From Squalus acanthias (taxonomy: Eukaryota): a stretch of 64,000 bases of DNA. A program made the position numbers and the translations under genes. This document shows positions 24,501-37,740 of this stretch, piece by piece. The notes under the pieces were generated by a model. The model was not told where the DNA came from, ran no database searches, and was given only the letters and a program-made list of their open reading frames with translations. The stretch lies in NCBI GenBank assembly GCA_030390025.1, contig JASTWF010000622.1:1-64000 (forward strand), given 5' to 3'. Each line of letters starts with the position of its first letter. Position 1 is the stretch's first letter.

Positions 24501-27500
24501 AGAAAAACTCAAACTGGGGGATAGAGGGAGGAAACACAACCTGAGGGAGAGAGAGAGAGAGAGAAACAAACTGGGGGAGAGAGAGGGAAACTCAAATTGG
24601 GGAGAAAGAGAGAGAGAGAAACACCTACTGGGGAGAGAGAGAGAAACACAAACTGGGTGAGAGAAGGAGAATCACAAACTGGTGAGAGAGAGAAAAAAAT
24701 AAACTGAGGGAGAGAAGGAGAATCACAAACTGGGGGAGAGAGGGAGAATCACAAACTGGGAGAGAGAGAGAAACACAAACTGGGAGAGAGAGAGAGAACA
24801 CAAACTGGAGAGAGAGAGAGAAACACAAACTGGAGAGAGAGAGAGAAACACAAACTGGGAGAGAGAGAGAAACACAAACTGGAGAGAGAGAGAGAAACAC
24901 AAACTGGAGAGAGAGAGAGAAACACAAACTGGGAGAGAGAGAGAAACACAAACTGGGGAGAGAGAGAGAAACACAAACTGGGAGAGAGAGAGAAACACAA
25001 ACTGGGAGAGAGAGAGAAACACAAACTGGAGAGAGAGAGAAACACAAACTGGGGAGAGAGAGAAACACAAACTGGGAGAGAGAGAAACACAAACTGGAGA
25101 GAGAGAGAAACACAAACTGGGAGAGAGAGAGAGAAACACAAACTGGGGAGAGAGAGAGAAACACAAACTGGGAGAGAGAGAGAAACACAAACTGGGAGAG
25201 AGAGAGAGAAAAATAACACAAGCTGGGGGATAGAGAGAGAAACACATACTGGGGAGAGAGAGGGGGAAACACAAACTAGAGGAGGGCGAGATACACACAA
25301 ACTGGGGAGAAAGAGTGAAAACCACAAACTTGGGGAGAGAGAGGGAAATGACAACTGCGGAGCGAGAGAGAAACACAAACGGGGGAGAGAGAGAGAGAAA
25401 TACAAACTGGCGCGAGAGCAAGAGAGAGAAACACAAACTGGGGTGAGAGTGAGAAACACAAACTGAGGAGAGAGAGAGAAACACAAACTGTGGAAGAGAG
25501 AATAATATAAACAGAGGGAGAGATAGAGAAACACAAACTGGGGGAGAGAGTGAGAAACACAAATTTAGGAGAGCGAGAGAAACACAATCTGAGGGAGAGA
25601 GAGAAACACAAACTGAGGGAGAGAGAGATAAACAAACTGGGAGGAAGAGAGAGAAACACAAACTTGGGAGAGAGAGAGAAACACCAACTCGGGGAGAGAG
25701 GGAAACACAAAGAGGGGTGATCGAGAGACACACAAACTGAGAGAGAGAGAAAGGAACAAAAACTGAGGAGAGAGAGAGACACACAAACTCAGGAGAGAGA
25801 GAGAGATAGAAACTGGGAGAGAGAGAGAAACACAAACTGGGAGAGAGAGAGAGAAACACAAACTGGGGAGAGAGAGAGAAACACAAACTGGGAGAGAGAG
25901 AGAGAAACACAAACTGGGAGAGAGAGAAACACAAACTGGGGAGAGAGAGAAACACAAACTGGGGAGAGAGAGAAACACAAACTGGGAGAGAGAGAGAGAA
26001 ACACAAACTGGGGAGAGAGAGAAACACAAACTGGGAGAGAGAGAGAAACACAAACTGGAGAGAGAGAGAAACACAAACTGGGGAGAGAGAGAAACACAAA
26101 CTGGAGGAGAGAGAGAAACACAAACTGGGGAGAGAGAGAAACACAAACTGGGGAGAGAGAGGCAGAAACACAAACGGGGAGAGTGAGAGAAACACAAACT
26201 TGGGGAGAGATAGAGAAACACAAACTGGGGAGAGAGAGAGAAATATAAACTGGTGGAGAGAGAGAAAAACAAACTGAGGGAGAGAGAGAGAATCACAAGC
26301 TGGAGAGAGAGAACAAACTGAGGGAGAGAGGGAGAATCATAAACTGGGGAGAGAGAGAGAGAGAGAAACACAAACTGGAGAGAGAGATTAAAATAAACTG
26401 AGGGAGAGGCAGAGAAACACAAACTGGGGAGCGAGAGAGAGAGAAACACAAACTGGGGGAGAGAGAGAAACACAAACTGAGGGAGAGAGAGAGAGAAAAA
26501 CCAACTGGGAGGAAGACAGAGAAACACAAATTGGGGAGAAAGAGAGAGTGAGAAACACATACTGGGGAGAGAGAGACAGAAACACAAACTGGGGGATAGA
26601 GAGAGAAACACAAACTGAGGGAGAGAGAGAAAGAAACAAACTGGGGGAGAGAGAGGGAAACACAAATTGGGGAGAAAGAGAGAGAGAAACACAAACTGGG
26701 GAGAGAGAGAGAAAACACAAACTGGCGGAGAGAGAGAAACACAAACTGGGGCAGAGAGAGAAACACAAACTGGGGAGAGAGAGAAACACAACTGGGGAGA
26801 GAGAGAAACACAAACTGGGAGAGAGAGAGAGAAACACAAACTGGGGAGAGAGAGAGAAACACAAACTGGGGAGAGAGAGAGAAACACAAACTAGGGGAGG
26901 AGAGAGGAAACACAAACTGGGGAAGGGAGAGATACACACAAACTGGGGAGTAAGAGAGAGAGAAAAACACAAACTTGGGGAGAGAGAGAAACAACAACTG
27001 GGGAGAGAGAGACAAACACAAGCTGGGGAAGAGAGAGAGAGAGAAACACAAACATGGGAGAGAGAGAAATATAAACTGAGGGAGAGAGAGATAAACAAAC
27101 TGGGAGCAGAGAGAGAAACACAGACTTGGGAGAGAGCAAGAAACACTAACTCGGGGAGAGAGGGAAACACAAACAGGGGACAGAGGGAAAGGAACAAACA
27201 AGGGAGGGAGAGAGAGAAACACAACCTGAGGGAGAGAGAGAGAGAAACACACTGGGGGAGAGAGAGGAAAACACAAATTGGGGAGAAAGAGAGAGAGAAA
27301 AACGTAAACATGGGGGGAGAGAGAGAAACACAAAATGGGGAGAGAGAAAAACACAAACTGGGGGAGAGAGAGAAACTCAAACTGGGTAGAAAGAGAGAAC
27401 CACAAACTGGTGAGAGAGAGAGAATTACAAACTGGGGAGAGAGAGAATAAACAAACTGAGTGAGAGAGGGAGAATCACAGACTGGGGAGAGAGAGAGAAA

Positions 27501-27507
27501 CACAAAC

Positions 27508-30500
27508 AGTCAGAGGTCGTGGTTCACATTGGTACCAATGACATGGGTAGAAAGATTGATGAGGTCCTGCAACAAGAATTTAGGGAGCTAGGTAGCAGAT
27601 TAAAAAGCAGGACCTCAAAGGTTGTAATCTCTGGATTACTCCCGGTGCCACATGCTAGTGAGTATAGCAATAGGAGGATAGAGCAGATGAATGCGTGGTT
27701 AAAGAGTTGGTGCAGGAGGGAGGGCTTTAGTTTCCTGGATCACTGGGTCTGCTTCTGGGGAAGGTGGGACCTGTACAAGTCGGACGGGTTGCACCTGAAC
27801 CAGAATGGGACCAACATCCTTGCGGGGAGGTTTGCTAATGCTGTTAGGGGGGGGGTTAAACTAACTTGGCAGGGGGATGGGATACGGAGTGGAGCTATAG
27901 TAGGGTGTGATGCACAGCCAAATATAGAGGAAAAAACAAGTCAGCCTGGAAGGCAGAGCAAATATGTAACGGCACAAGGGAGTATGGCAAGGCTGGATGG
28001 CATTTATTTTAATGCAAGGAGTCTTGCGAGTAAGGCAGATGAATTGAAGGTGTTGATGAACACATGGGAGTATGATATTGTTGCTATCACAGAGACATGG
28101 TTGAGGGAGGGGCAGGACTGGCAGCTCAATATTCCGGGGTATAGAATCTTCAGGCGAGACAGAGGTGGGTGTAAAAGAGGAGGGGGTGTCGCAAGATTAA
28201 TCAAGGAGTCAATTACTGCTGTAAGGAGGGATGATATCTTAGCAGGTTCCTCTAATGAGGCCATATGGGTAGAACTTAAAAACAAAAAGGGGGCAAGCAC
28301 TTTGCTGGGAGTGTACTATAGGCCCCCAAACAGTCAGGGGGAGATAGAGGAACAGATATGTCGGCAAATCTCAGAGAAGTGTAGAAATAATAGGGTAATA
28401 ATAGTCGGGGATTTCAACTTCCCCAATATTAACTGGGATAGTCAGAGTGTGAAAGGCTTAGAGGGTGCGAAATTCTTAAAGTGCATCCAGGAGAGCTTTT
28501 TGAGCCAGCATGTAGAAAGTCCTACAAGAGAGGGGGCTGTACTGGACCTAATTCTGGGGAATGTAGCCGGGCAAGTGGTAGAAGTGGCAGTAGGAGAGCA
28601 TTTTGGTGACAGTGACCATAATTCGGTGAGATTTAACGTAGTCATGGAAAAGGACAAAGATGGACCGGAAATAAAGGTTCTAAATTGGGGGAAGGCCGAT
28701 TTTAATATGATAAGGCAGGATCTAGCCAAAGTGGACTGGGATCAGCTACTTGTAGGAAATTCCACATCAGAGCAGTGGGAGTCTTTCAGAAAGGAAATAG
28801 AGAGAGTACAACAGTAACATGTTCCCGTAAAGGTCAAGGGTGAAACATAGAAACATAGAATCTAGGAGCAGGAGTAGGCCATTCGGCCCGTCGAGCCTGC
28901 TCCGCCATTCAATACGATCATGGCTGATCATCCAAATCCAGTACCCTGTCCCTGCTTTAATCCCCACAGTACACATATCCCACCCTACCCCCGTAACCCC
29001 ACGTATTTAATTCCCCCTAACATATCCCATCCTATCCCCATAACCCCACATATTTAATCCCCCCTAACACTAAGGGTCAATTTATCATAGCCAAATCAAC
29101 CTAACCCACACATTTTTGGACCAACAAGCCCAGGGAACCTTGGATGTCAAGGGATATACGAGAATGGATTAGGAAAAAAAGGGAGGCTTTTGGCACATAC
29201 AAAGGACTAAAAACAGTGGAAGCCCTAGAGGAGTATAGAAAGTGCAGGGGGGTACTTAAAAAAGAAATTAGGAGAGCGAAGAGGGGGCATGAAATAACAC
29301 TGGCAGGCAAAATAAAGGAAAATCCCAAGGTGTTTTATAAGTATATTAAGGGCAAGAGGATAACCAGGGAAAGAGTAGGGCCCATTAGGGACCAAAGTGG
29401 CAATCTGTGTGTAGAGCCAGAAGATGCAGGTGTGGTTTTAAATGAATATTTTGCATCTGTGTTCACTATGGAGAAGAACAATGTAGGCATAAAAATCAGT
29501 CAGGGGGATTGTGATATACTTCAACAAATTCGTATTGAGAGGGAGGAGGTACTAGCGGTTTTAGCGGGCTTAAAAGTGGATAAATCCCCAGGCCCAGACG
29601 AGATGTATCCCAGGCTGCTGTGTGAGGCAAGGGAGGAGATTGCAGGGGCTCTGACACAAATTTTCAGAACCTCTCTGGCCACAGGGGAGGTGCCAGAGGA
29701 CTGGAGAACAGCTAACATAGTACTATTATTCAAGAAGGGTAGTAGGGATAAACCAGGGAATTACAGGCCAGTGAGCCTAACATCAGTGGTCGGGAAATTA
29801 TTGGAAAACAATTCTGAGGGACAGAATTAGTCTCCACTGGGAGAGGCAAGGATTAATCAAGGATAGTCAGCATGGCTTTGCCAGGGGGAGATCATGTCTG
29901 ACCAATTTGATTGAATTTTTCGAGGGGGTGACTAGGTGTGTGGATGAGGGTAGTGCAGTTGATGTGGTCTACATGGACTTCAGTAAGGCTTTTGACAAAG
30001 TCCCGCATGGGAGACTGGTCAAGAAGGTAAGAGCCCATGGGATCCAGGGCAACTTGGCACATTGGATCCAAAATTGGCTTCGTGGCAGGAGGCAGAGGGT
30101 GATGGTCGAAGGTTGTTTTTGTGACGGGAATCCTGTGTCCACTGGTGTACCGCAGGGATCGGTGCTGGGTCCTTTGCTGTTTGTAGTGTACATTAATGAT
30201 TTAGATATGAATGTAGGAGGTATGATCAGTAAGTTCGCAGATGACACGAAAATTGGTGGGGTGGTAAATAGCGAGGAGGGAAGCCTCAGGCTACCGGACG
30301 ATATAGACAGGTTGGTCAGATGGGCAGAACAGTGGCAAATGGAATTTAACCCTGAAAATTGTGAGGTGATGCATTTTGGGAGGACTAACAAGGCAAGGGA
30401 ATACACAATGAATGGTAGGACCCTAGGAAGGACAGAGGTTGAGAGGGACCTTGGTGTGCATGTACATAGATCCCTGAAGGCAGCAGGGCAGGTAGATAAG

Positions 30501-31153
30501 GTGGTTAAAAAGGCATATGGGATACTTGCCTTCATTAGCTGAGGCATAGAATATAAGGGCAGGGAGGTTATGATGGAGCTGTACAAAACGCTAGTTAGGC
30601 CACAGCTGGAATACTGTGTGCAGTTCTGGTCGCCACACTATAGGAAGGATGTGATTGCATTGGAGAGGGTGCAGAGGAGATTCACTAGGATGTTACCTGG
30701 GCTGCAGTGCTTCAGCTATGAAGAGAGACTGGACAGGCTGGGGTTGTTTTCCTCAGAGCAGAGAAGGCTGAGGGGGGACCTGATTAAGGTGTACAAAATT
30801 ATGAGGGGCATAGATAGGGTAGATAGAAAGGAACTTTTCCCCTAAGTAGTGGGGTAAATAACCAGGGGGCATAGTTTCAAGTTAAGGGGCAGGAGATTTA
30901 GAGGGGATTTGAGGAAAAACTTTTTCACCCAAAGGGTGGTTGGAATCTGGAACTCACTGCCTGAAAGGGTGGTAGAGGCAGGAACCCTCACAACATTCAA
31001 GAAGCATTTAGATGAGCACTTGAAACGCCATAGCATACAAGGCTACGGACCAAGTGCTGCAAAATGGGATTACAATAGACAGGGCTTGATGGCCGGTGTG
31101 GACACAATGGGCCGAAGGGCCTCATTCTGTGCTGTATAACTCTATGACTCTAT
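27508..31153 (+). mobile_element. 5'-truncated CR1 LINE: ORF1 SGNH-esterase end, ORF2 APE endonuclease and reverse transcriptase (inactivated)
   Basis: ORF1: VHIGTND...DGLHLN. Endonuclease: NARSL, ITETWL, YRPP, GDFN, SDH. RT: PGPD, YRPVSL, DFSKAFD, GVPQGSVLGP, FADD. Stops at 28815, 30540 and 30843; frameshift ~29810; CTCTATGA tail. Confidence 0.96.
28843..29120 (-). mobile_element. 5'-truncated SINE with CR1-type 3' tail (HE1/V-SINE-like) nested in the CR1
   Basis: Minus strand reads TCCAAAAATGTGTGGGTTAGGTTGATTTGGC...AAATTG (V-SINE-like core), then an internal ~50-bp duplication, then a CR1 tail ending (TTCTATGT)2. CR1 coding sequence resumes on both sides. Confidence 0.7.
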
Positions 31154-34100
31154 GGGAAAGAGAGAAACACAAACTGAGGGAGAGAGACAGAAAAACCAAC
31201 TGGGAGGAAGAGAGAGAAACACTAATTGGGGAGAAAGAGAGAGTGAGAAACCCATACTGAGCGAGAGAGAGAGAAACACAAACTGGGGGATAGAGAGAGA
31301 AACACAACCTGAGGGAGAGAGAGAGAGAAACACAAACTGGGGGAGAGAGAGAAACACAGACGGAGGAGAAAGAGAGAAACACAAACAGGGGAGAGCGAAT
31401 GAATCACAAACTGGGGAGAGAGAGAAATATAAACTGAAGGAGAGAGAGAAACACATACTGAGCGAGAGAGAGAGAAACACAAACTGGGAGATAGAGAGAG
31501 AAACACAACCTGAGGGAGAGAGAGAGAGAGAAACAAATTGGGGGAGAGAGAAAGAAACACAAATTGGGGAGAAATAGAGAGAGAAAAACACAAACTGGGG
31601 GAAGGAGAGAGAGAGAAAAACACAAACTTGGGGAGAGAGAGAAACATTAACTGAGGGAGAGAGACAGAAACACAAACTGAGGCAGATAGAGTAACACAAA
31701 CTGGGGAGAGAGAGAGAAAAACTATCTGAGGGAGAGAGAGAGAATCACCAACTGGTGAGAGAGAAAGAGAATGACAATCTGGGAAGCGAGAGAAAAAAGC
31801 AAACTGAGGGAGAGAGAGAAACACAAACTGGGGGAGAGAGAGAGTAACAAACTGGGGGAGAGAGAGAGAGAGAAACAAACTGGGGAGAGAGAGAAAATCA
31901 CAAACTGGGGAGAGAGAGAAACATAAACTGATGAGAGAGAGAGCAACACAAACTGAGGGAGATAGAGTAACAGAAACTGGGGAGAGAGAGAGAATCACAA
32001 GCTGGGGAGAGAGAGAAATATAAACTGAGGGAGAGAGAGAAACACAAACTGGGGAGAGAGAGAAACACAAACTGGGGGGACAGAGAGAAACACAAACTGG
32101 GGAGAGAGAGAAAAGCAAACTGAGGGAGAGAGAGAGAGAGAAACAAACTGGGGGAGAGAGAGTGAAACACAAACTGGGGGAGTAAGAGATACACACAAAC
32201 TGGGGAGAAAGAGAGAGAAAAACACAAACTTGGGAAGAGAGAGAGAAGCGACAACTGGGGAGACAGAGAGAAACACAAACTGGGGAAAGAGAGAAACACA
32301 AACTGGGGAAAGAGAGAAACACAAACTGGCAAGAGAGAGAAACACTGATGGAGGAGAAAGAGAGAAACACAAACAGGGGAGAGAGAGAAACACAAACTGA
32401 GTGAGAGAGAGAGAAAAACAAAATGGGAGGAAGAGAGATAAATACAAATTGGGGAAGGGAGAGAGAGTGAGAAACACATACTGGGGGATAGAGAGTGAAA
32501 CACAACCTGAGGAAGAGAGAGAGAGAAATAAACTGGGGGAGAGAGAGTGAAACACAAATTGGGGAGAAAGAGAGAGAGAAACACAAACTAGGGAGGAGAG
32601 AGAGAAACATAAACTGAGGAGAGAGAGAAACATAAACTGAGGAGAGAGAGAGAGACACAAACTGGGGGAGAGAGAGAAACACAAACGGAGGGAGAGAGAG
32701 AGAAACACAAACTGAGGGAGAGAGAGAAACACAAACTGGGGAGAGAGAGAGAAACACAAACTGGGAGAGAGAGAGAAACACAAACTGGGAGAGAGAGAGA
32801 GAAACACAAACTGGGAGAGAGAGAGAAACACAAACTGGGGAGAGAGAGAGAAACACAAACTGGGGAGAGAGAGAGAGAAACACAAACTGGGGAGAGAGAG
32901 AAACACAAACTGGGGAGAGAGAGAGAAACACAAACTGGGAGAGAGAGAGAAACACAAACTGGGGAGAGAGAGAGAAACTCAAATGGAGGAGAATGAGAGA
33001 AACACAAACATGGGAAAGAGAGAGAGAGAAACACAAACTGGGGAGAGAGAGAAACACAAACTGGGGAGAGAGAGAAACACAAACTGGGGAGAGAGAGAAA
33101 CACAAACTGGGGAGAGAGAGAAACACAAACTGGGAGAGAGAGAGAAACACAAACTGGGGAGAGAGAGAAACACAAACTGGGGAGAGAGAGAGTGAAACAC
33201 AAACTGGGGAGAGAGAGAGAGATAAAGACAAAATGGGGGAGAGAGAGAAACACAAACTTGGGAGAGAGAGAGAGAAGCAGTAACTGGCGAGGAAGTGAGA
33301 GAAACGCACACTGGGGAGAGAGAGCACGCAACACAAACTGGGGAGAGCGAGAGAAACACAAACTGGGGAGAGAGAGAGAGAGAAACACAAGCTGTGTCGA
33401 GAGAGGGAGATACACAAACTGGGGAAAGAGAGAGAGAAGCACAAATTGGGAGGGGGAGAGAGAAATACAAACTGGGGAGAGAGCGAGAAACACAAACGGG
33501 GAGAGAGAGAAACATAACTGAGGGAGAGAGAGAGAGAAACACAAGCTGTGTAGAGAGAGAGAGATACACAAACTGGGAAGAGAGAGAGGGAACCACAAAT
33601 TGGGAGGGAGAGAGAGAAACACAAACCGGGGAGAGAGAGCCAGAGAAGCATAAACTGGGGAGGGAGAGAGAAAAACACAAACGGGGGAGAGAGACAGAAA
33701 CACAAACTGGGGAGAGAGACAGAAAGACAAACTGGGGAGAAAGAGAGAGAGAAACACAAACGGGGGAAAGAGAGAGAAATGCCAATTGGGGAGAGAGAGA
33801 GAGAAAGACAAACTAGGGAGAGAGAGGGAGAAAAACACAAACGGGGGAGTGAGAGAAAAACACAAACTGGGGGAGAGAGAGAAACACAAACTGGGAGAGG
33901 GAGGGAGAAACACAAACTGGGGAGAGAGAGAGAGAAACAGGAAATGTGGAGAGAGAGAGAGAAACACAAACTGGGAGTGTGAGAGAGAAACAGGAAATGT
34001 GGAGAGAGAGAGAGAAACACAAACTGGGGAGAGAGAGAGAAACACAAACTGGGGGAGAGAGAGAAACACAAACTGGGGGAGAGAGAGAGAAACACAAACT

Positions 34101-35436
34101 GGGGGAGAGAGAGAGAAACACAAACTGGGGGAGAGAGAGAGAGAGAAACACAAACTGGGGAGAGCGAGAAACACAAATTGAGCGAGAGAGAGAAACACAA
34201 ATTGAGGAGAGAGAAAGTGTAACACAAATGGGGAAGAGAGAGAGAAAGAAACACAAACTGGAGGAGAGAGAAACTCAAACGGGGAGAGAGAGAAACTCAA
34301 ACTGAGACAGAGAGAGAAATACAAACTGGGAGATAGAGAGAGAGGGGAACACTAACTGGGGGAGAGAGAGAGAGAAACACAAAATTGGGGAGAAAGAGAA
34401 ACACAATCTGAGGGAGAGAGAGAGAAACACAAACTGAGAGAGAGAGAGAAATGCAAACTGGGGAGAGAGAGAGATCGAAACACAAACTGGGGAGAGGCAG
34501 AGAGAGAAACACAACTGGGGAAAGGGAGAGAGAGAGAAAGAGAGAAACACAACCTGGAGAGAGTGAGAGAAACACAAACTGGGGAGAGAGAGAGAAATAC
34601 AAACTGGGGAGAGAGAGAGTAACACAAACTGAGGGAGAGCGAGAGAAACACAAACTGGGGAGAGAGAGAAATACAAACTGAGGGAGAGCGAGAGAAACAC
34701 AAACTGGGGAGAGAGAGAGATAAAAAAAACACAAACTGGGTAGAGAGAGAGAGAAACACAAACTGTGCAGGGAGAGAGAGAGAGAAACACAAACTGGGGA
34801 GGGAGAGAGAGAGAAACACAAACTGGGGAGGGAGAGAGAGAGAAACACAAACTGGGGAGGGAGAGAGAGAGAAACACAAACTGGGGAGGGAGAGAGAGAG
34901 AAACACAAACTGGGGAGGGAGTGAGAAACACAAACTGGGGGAGAGAGAGAGAAACACAAACTGGGGGATAGAGAGAGAAACACAAACTCGGGGAGATAAA
35001 TACAAACTGGGGGAGGGAGACAGAGAGAAACACACACTGGAGTGAGGGAGAGTTGATGTCGGCTTGTGATGTGTGTTGTTATATAACGTGTTATATTATG
35101 GGAGTTGAGCAGAGGAGGACGGAATCTCATCTCTCTGAAGCTGGGCTTCATTGCTGGTGTGTGGAAGTCAGTGAATTGAATTCGTTTTGGTTTTATTTTT
35201 TTTAAACTTGGTGTGTATTGTAAAAAGTCATAAAATTGGCTGAAAACTTTAAATAGTTGTTATTTATATCGATGATGTTTTGTTGAATCCGTGGTATTTG
35301 TGTTTCTCATTGCGGTCAATACTGCAGAAACATCACAGATGTAGTTTTTATTTGAACATTACTTCCCCTTAACTCTTTCGATTCTTTTGTGTTCTTTGAT
35401 TCATAAATTATGTTATTCATCTCACTATAAAACAAT

Positions 35437-36186
35437 AGGACAGAAATTCGGGTCCCCACGGATGAGTACATGCTGTGTACTCACCCGTAGAGCCACCGGA
35501 AGTGCTGGTTTCGCGCATGCACGGGAAACCGGAACTTCCGATCTCGTGAAGGAAGGGGTTCGAGGGACAACCGCATGCGCGGGAGAGGCAGCGCGCACGC
35601 AGCGAACTTCGGCTTTTTTTACAGGTTTCCTTGTGAGGGTAAGTTCCTGGCACCTGCGCGGGGAAAAAGCAGGCGCAAGGCCTGCTTTTAACAAGGTAAG
35701 TGGTGAATTAAGTTAAATTAAAACATTTTTTCCACAGGTTTATTATTTTTAAATATTTTAAAGAAAGGTAAGTTTATTTTTAGCCCCGTTAAAAACTGTA
35801 ATTAATTTTTTCAAAAGTTTAAATTATTGTTTAAAATAGTTATTTTATGTAATTTATAGTTATTTAAAAAAGTGATTTTTTAAAAATTTATTTGAAGTTT
35901 TAGTTATGTTTTGGGGCCGATCTCTATTCATAGAGTTGACAGGTCTTCCTGTCAAATCTATGAATGGAGATTCCCTGCTCCGATTGGCTCCCCATGGCCC
36001 ACGTGATCCCAGGGGACGCTTCGAACTAACTGCGTCCCTGGGATGTGCAAGCACTGCACACTGGCAGCTGGAGGAGGCCCAGGATCTGAATTCCACGCGG
36101 GCCCAGAGCACAACGGCAGGCGCGCTATGTAAGTGCACCCACTATGCTTGCACCCGCGGGAAGCCTCCGACCCGAATTTCTGGCCC
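35437..36186. mobile_element. Non-autonomous DNA transposon (~750 bp) with terminal inverted repeats
   Basis: Left end GGACAGAAATTCGGGTC and right end GACCCGAATTTCTGGCCC are reverse complements. GC-rich subterminal arms and an AT-rich core. Confidence 0.7.
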
Positions 36187-37044
36187 ATGCTACTCCTGTT
36201 CCTATATTCCTATGTGCTTGAGCATCACATGAGCAATGTCACATGATCGAATCTCCAGGAATACATCAAAACAGAGTTGGCAACCCTACTGTGACTCCTA
36301 TCTTTTTCTATAAGATGCTGTGGGGTTATTAATGTACTTCCAACATCTTTTATTTAATTTCATGTTTCCAGCATTCAGCGCTTTTATTTTCATCAATCCA
36401 AAATTTCTGTCGTAAGAGATATTCATCTCGGGCCAATTCTTGTGCCCTTTACTGTTTAGTAACCCACTGCAAGCTTTTCTAATGGAAAATGTCATGCAGC
36501 TTTATTCTTCTCCCTCAGAATTTCAGTAGCAGTCACGAGAAACATCACAAACAACTGCGGTGTTGTGGGGCTTCGCCCCTGCTCATGTGATGGCCCTCGT
36601 GAACTCTTTTGGAAGTTATTCATTCTAAATCCCTGGATAAAAGACTCGTTATTTAGGCGCGAAGAGCTGGCCAATTGCTGGACTTCAAAGTGGGAGAAGA
36701 GTTGAGGTGGGCAATCATTCTTCACCAATCAAGCTGCTACCACAGGCCGGAGTAAATAGGAATACTAGCTGTTTTATTTCACTATTATATAGCTCACAGC
36801 TATAATGAATTTATATTTATATGTTACCAAACTTCAGTACTGAGTGCAGTTTAATAGTATGACATCCAGCACTGTGTCCCTAAGTAGTTCAGATGTTAGG
36901 TCAGCAACTTTTATGTTCACCACAGACGCCTGCCGCCCTCGCCTACCCTACCCGAAGATGGAACTGCGAGGAAAAACTGCCCAGAATGACTCACATTTTG
37001 CTGATTGCAAAGAGAAAGGAGATTTCAATGAAAGTGAGGCCATG

Positions 37045-37740
37045 GCAACATAAACTAAATGGTACAATTTTAAAGGGGGGTGCAGGATTAGAGAGAGCTG
37101 GGGGTGTACATGCACAAATCTTTGAAGGTGGCAGGACAATTTGAGAAGGCTGTTAAAAAAAGCACAGGATATCCTTGGCTTTATTAACAGGGGCATAGGC
37201 CTAGAAATTCATCACAGGCGGTGATGCAAAACAAGCAGTATCGGATAGGCTGCCCATTATATGCAGCACCTGATATTCGGTCCCATTGACTGCAATGGAA
37301 ATGAATATCAGATGCAGCGTACAACGGACGGCCTGTCCGATGCCGCCCGTTTTGCATCACTGCCTGAGATGAATTTCTAGGCCATAGAGTACAAAAGCAA
37401 GGAAGTTATGCTGAGCCTTAATAAAACACTGGTTAGGCCTCAGCTGGAGTACTGTGTTCAATTCTGGGCACCACACTTTAAGGAGGATGTCAAGGCCTTA
37501 GAGAGGGTGCAGAAGAGACTTGCTGGAATGGTACCAGGGACGAGGGACTTCAGTTATGTGGAGAGACTAGCGAAGTTGTTTTCTTCTCCTTATAGCAGAG
37601 AAGGATAAGAGATTTGATACAGGTGTTCAAAATTATAAACGGTGTTGATAGAGTAAATAAGGAAAAACTGTTTCCAGTGGCAGAAGGGTTGGCAACAGGC
37701 GGACACAGATTTAAGGTGATTAGCAAAAGAACCAGAGACT
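37045..37740 (+). mobile_element. CR1 RT 3' fragment, split by a MITE
   Basis: LVRPQLEYCVQFWAP...ALERVQKR. Confidence 0.88.
37198..37383. mobile_element. 186-bp fold-back MITE with 3-bp ATA target duplication
   Basis: GGCCTAGAAATTCATC...GATGAATTTCTAGGCC with a central CCATTGACTGCAATGG. ATA at 37195-37197 and 37384-37386; removing the element restores CR1 GGCATAGAGTAC. Confidence 0.85.

Larger units (their letters stand above)
5242..35035. repeat. ~30 kb satellite, ~21-27 bp unit (GA)n-AACACAAACT-(G)2-5, with variant units and higher-order duplications; interrupted by CR1 insertions
   Basis: Roughly a thousand copies of AAACACAAACTGG(G)nAGAGAG. Examples of higher-order structure: 79-bp x3 at ~5790-6030 and ~2.1 kb duplicated blocks (10087/12223, 10350/12486, 10510/12647). 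Confidence 0.97.

Noticed and set aside
28004-31036. Antisense ORFs over the CR1 (e.g. 29969-30586)
   Set aside because: Shadow ORFs of the RT-coding strand.
5242-35035. Satellite core ACACAAACT resembles a V(D)J RSS nonamer and CACAAAC a heptamer start
   Set aside because: Units of mostly 22-26 bp give spacers of ~14-18 nt, not 12 or 23. The heptamer lacks GTG and there are no flanking gene segments.
5242-35035. CRISPR-like array or Ig class-switch region
   Set aside because: The DNA is eukaryotic, the spacers are simple (GA)n rather than unique, there are no cas genes, and AGCT hotspots typical of switch regions are nearly absent.
5230-35151. Very long ORFs (up to 1628 aa) on both strands of the satellite
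   Set aside because: Low-complexity translations (SLCFSL / EREKHKLG) arise because the repeat unit lacks stop codons in most frames. They are open in several frames at once and show no domain or codon signal.
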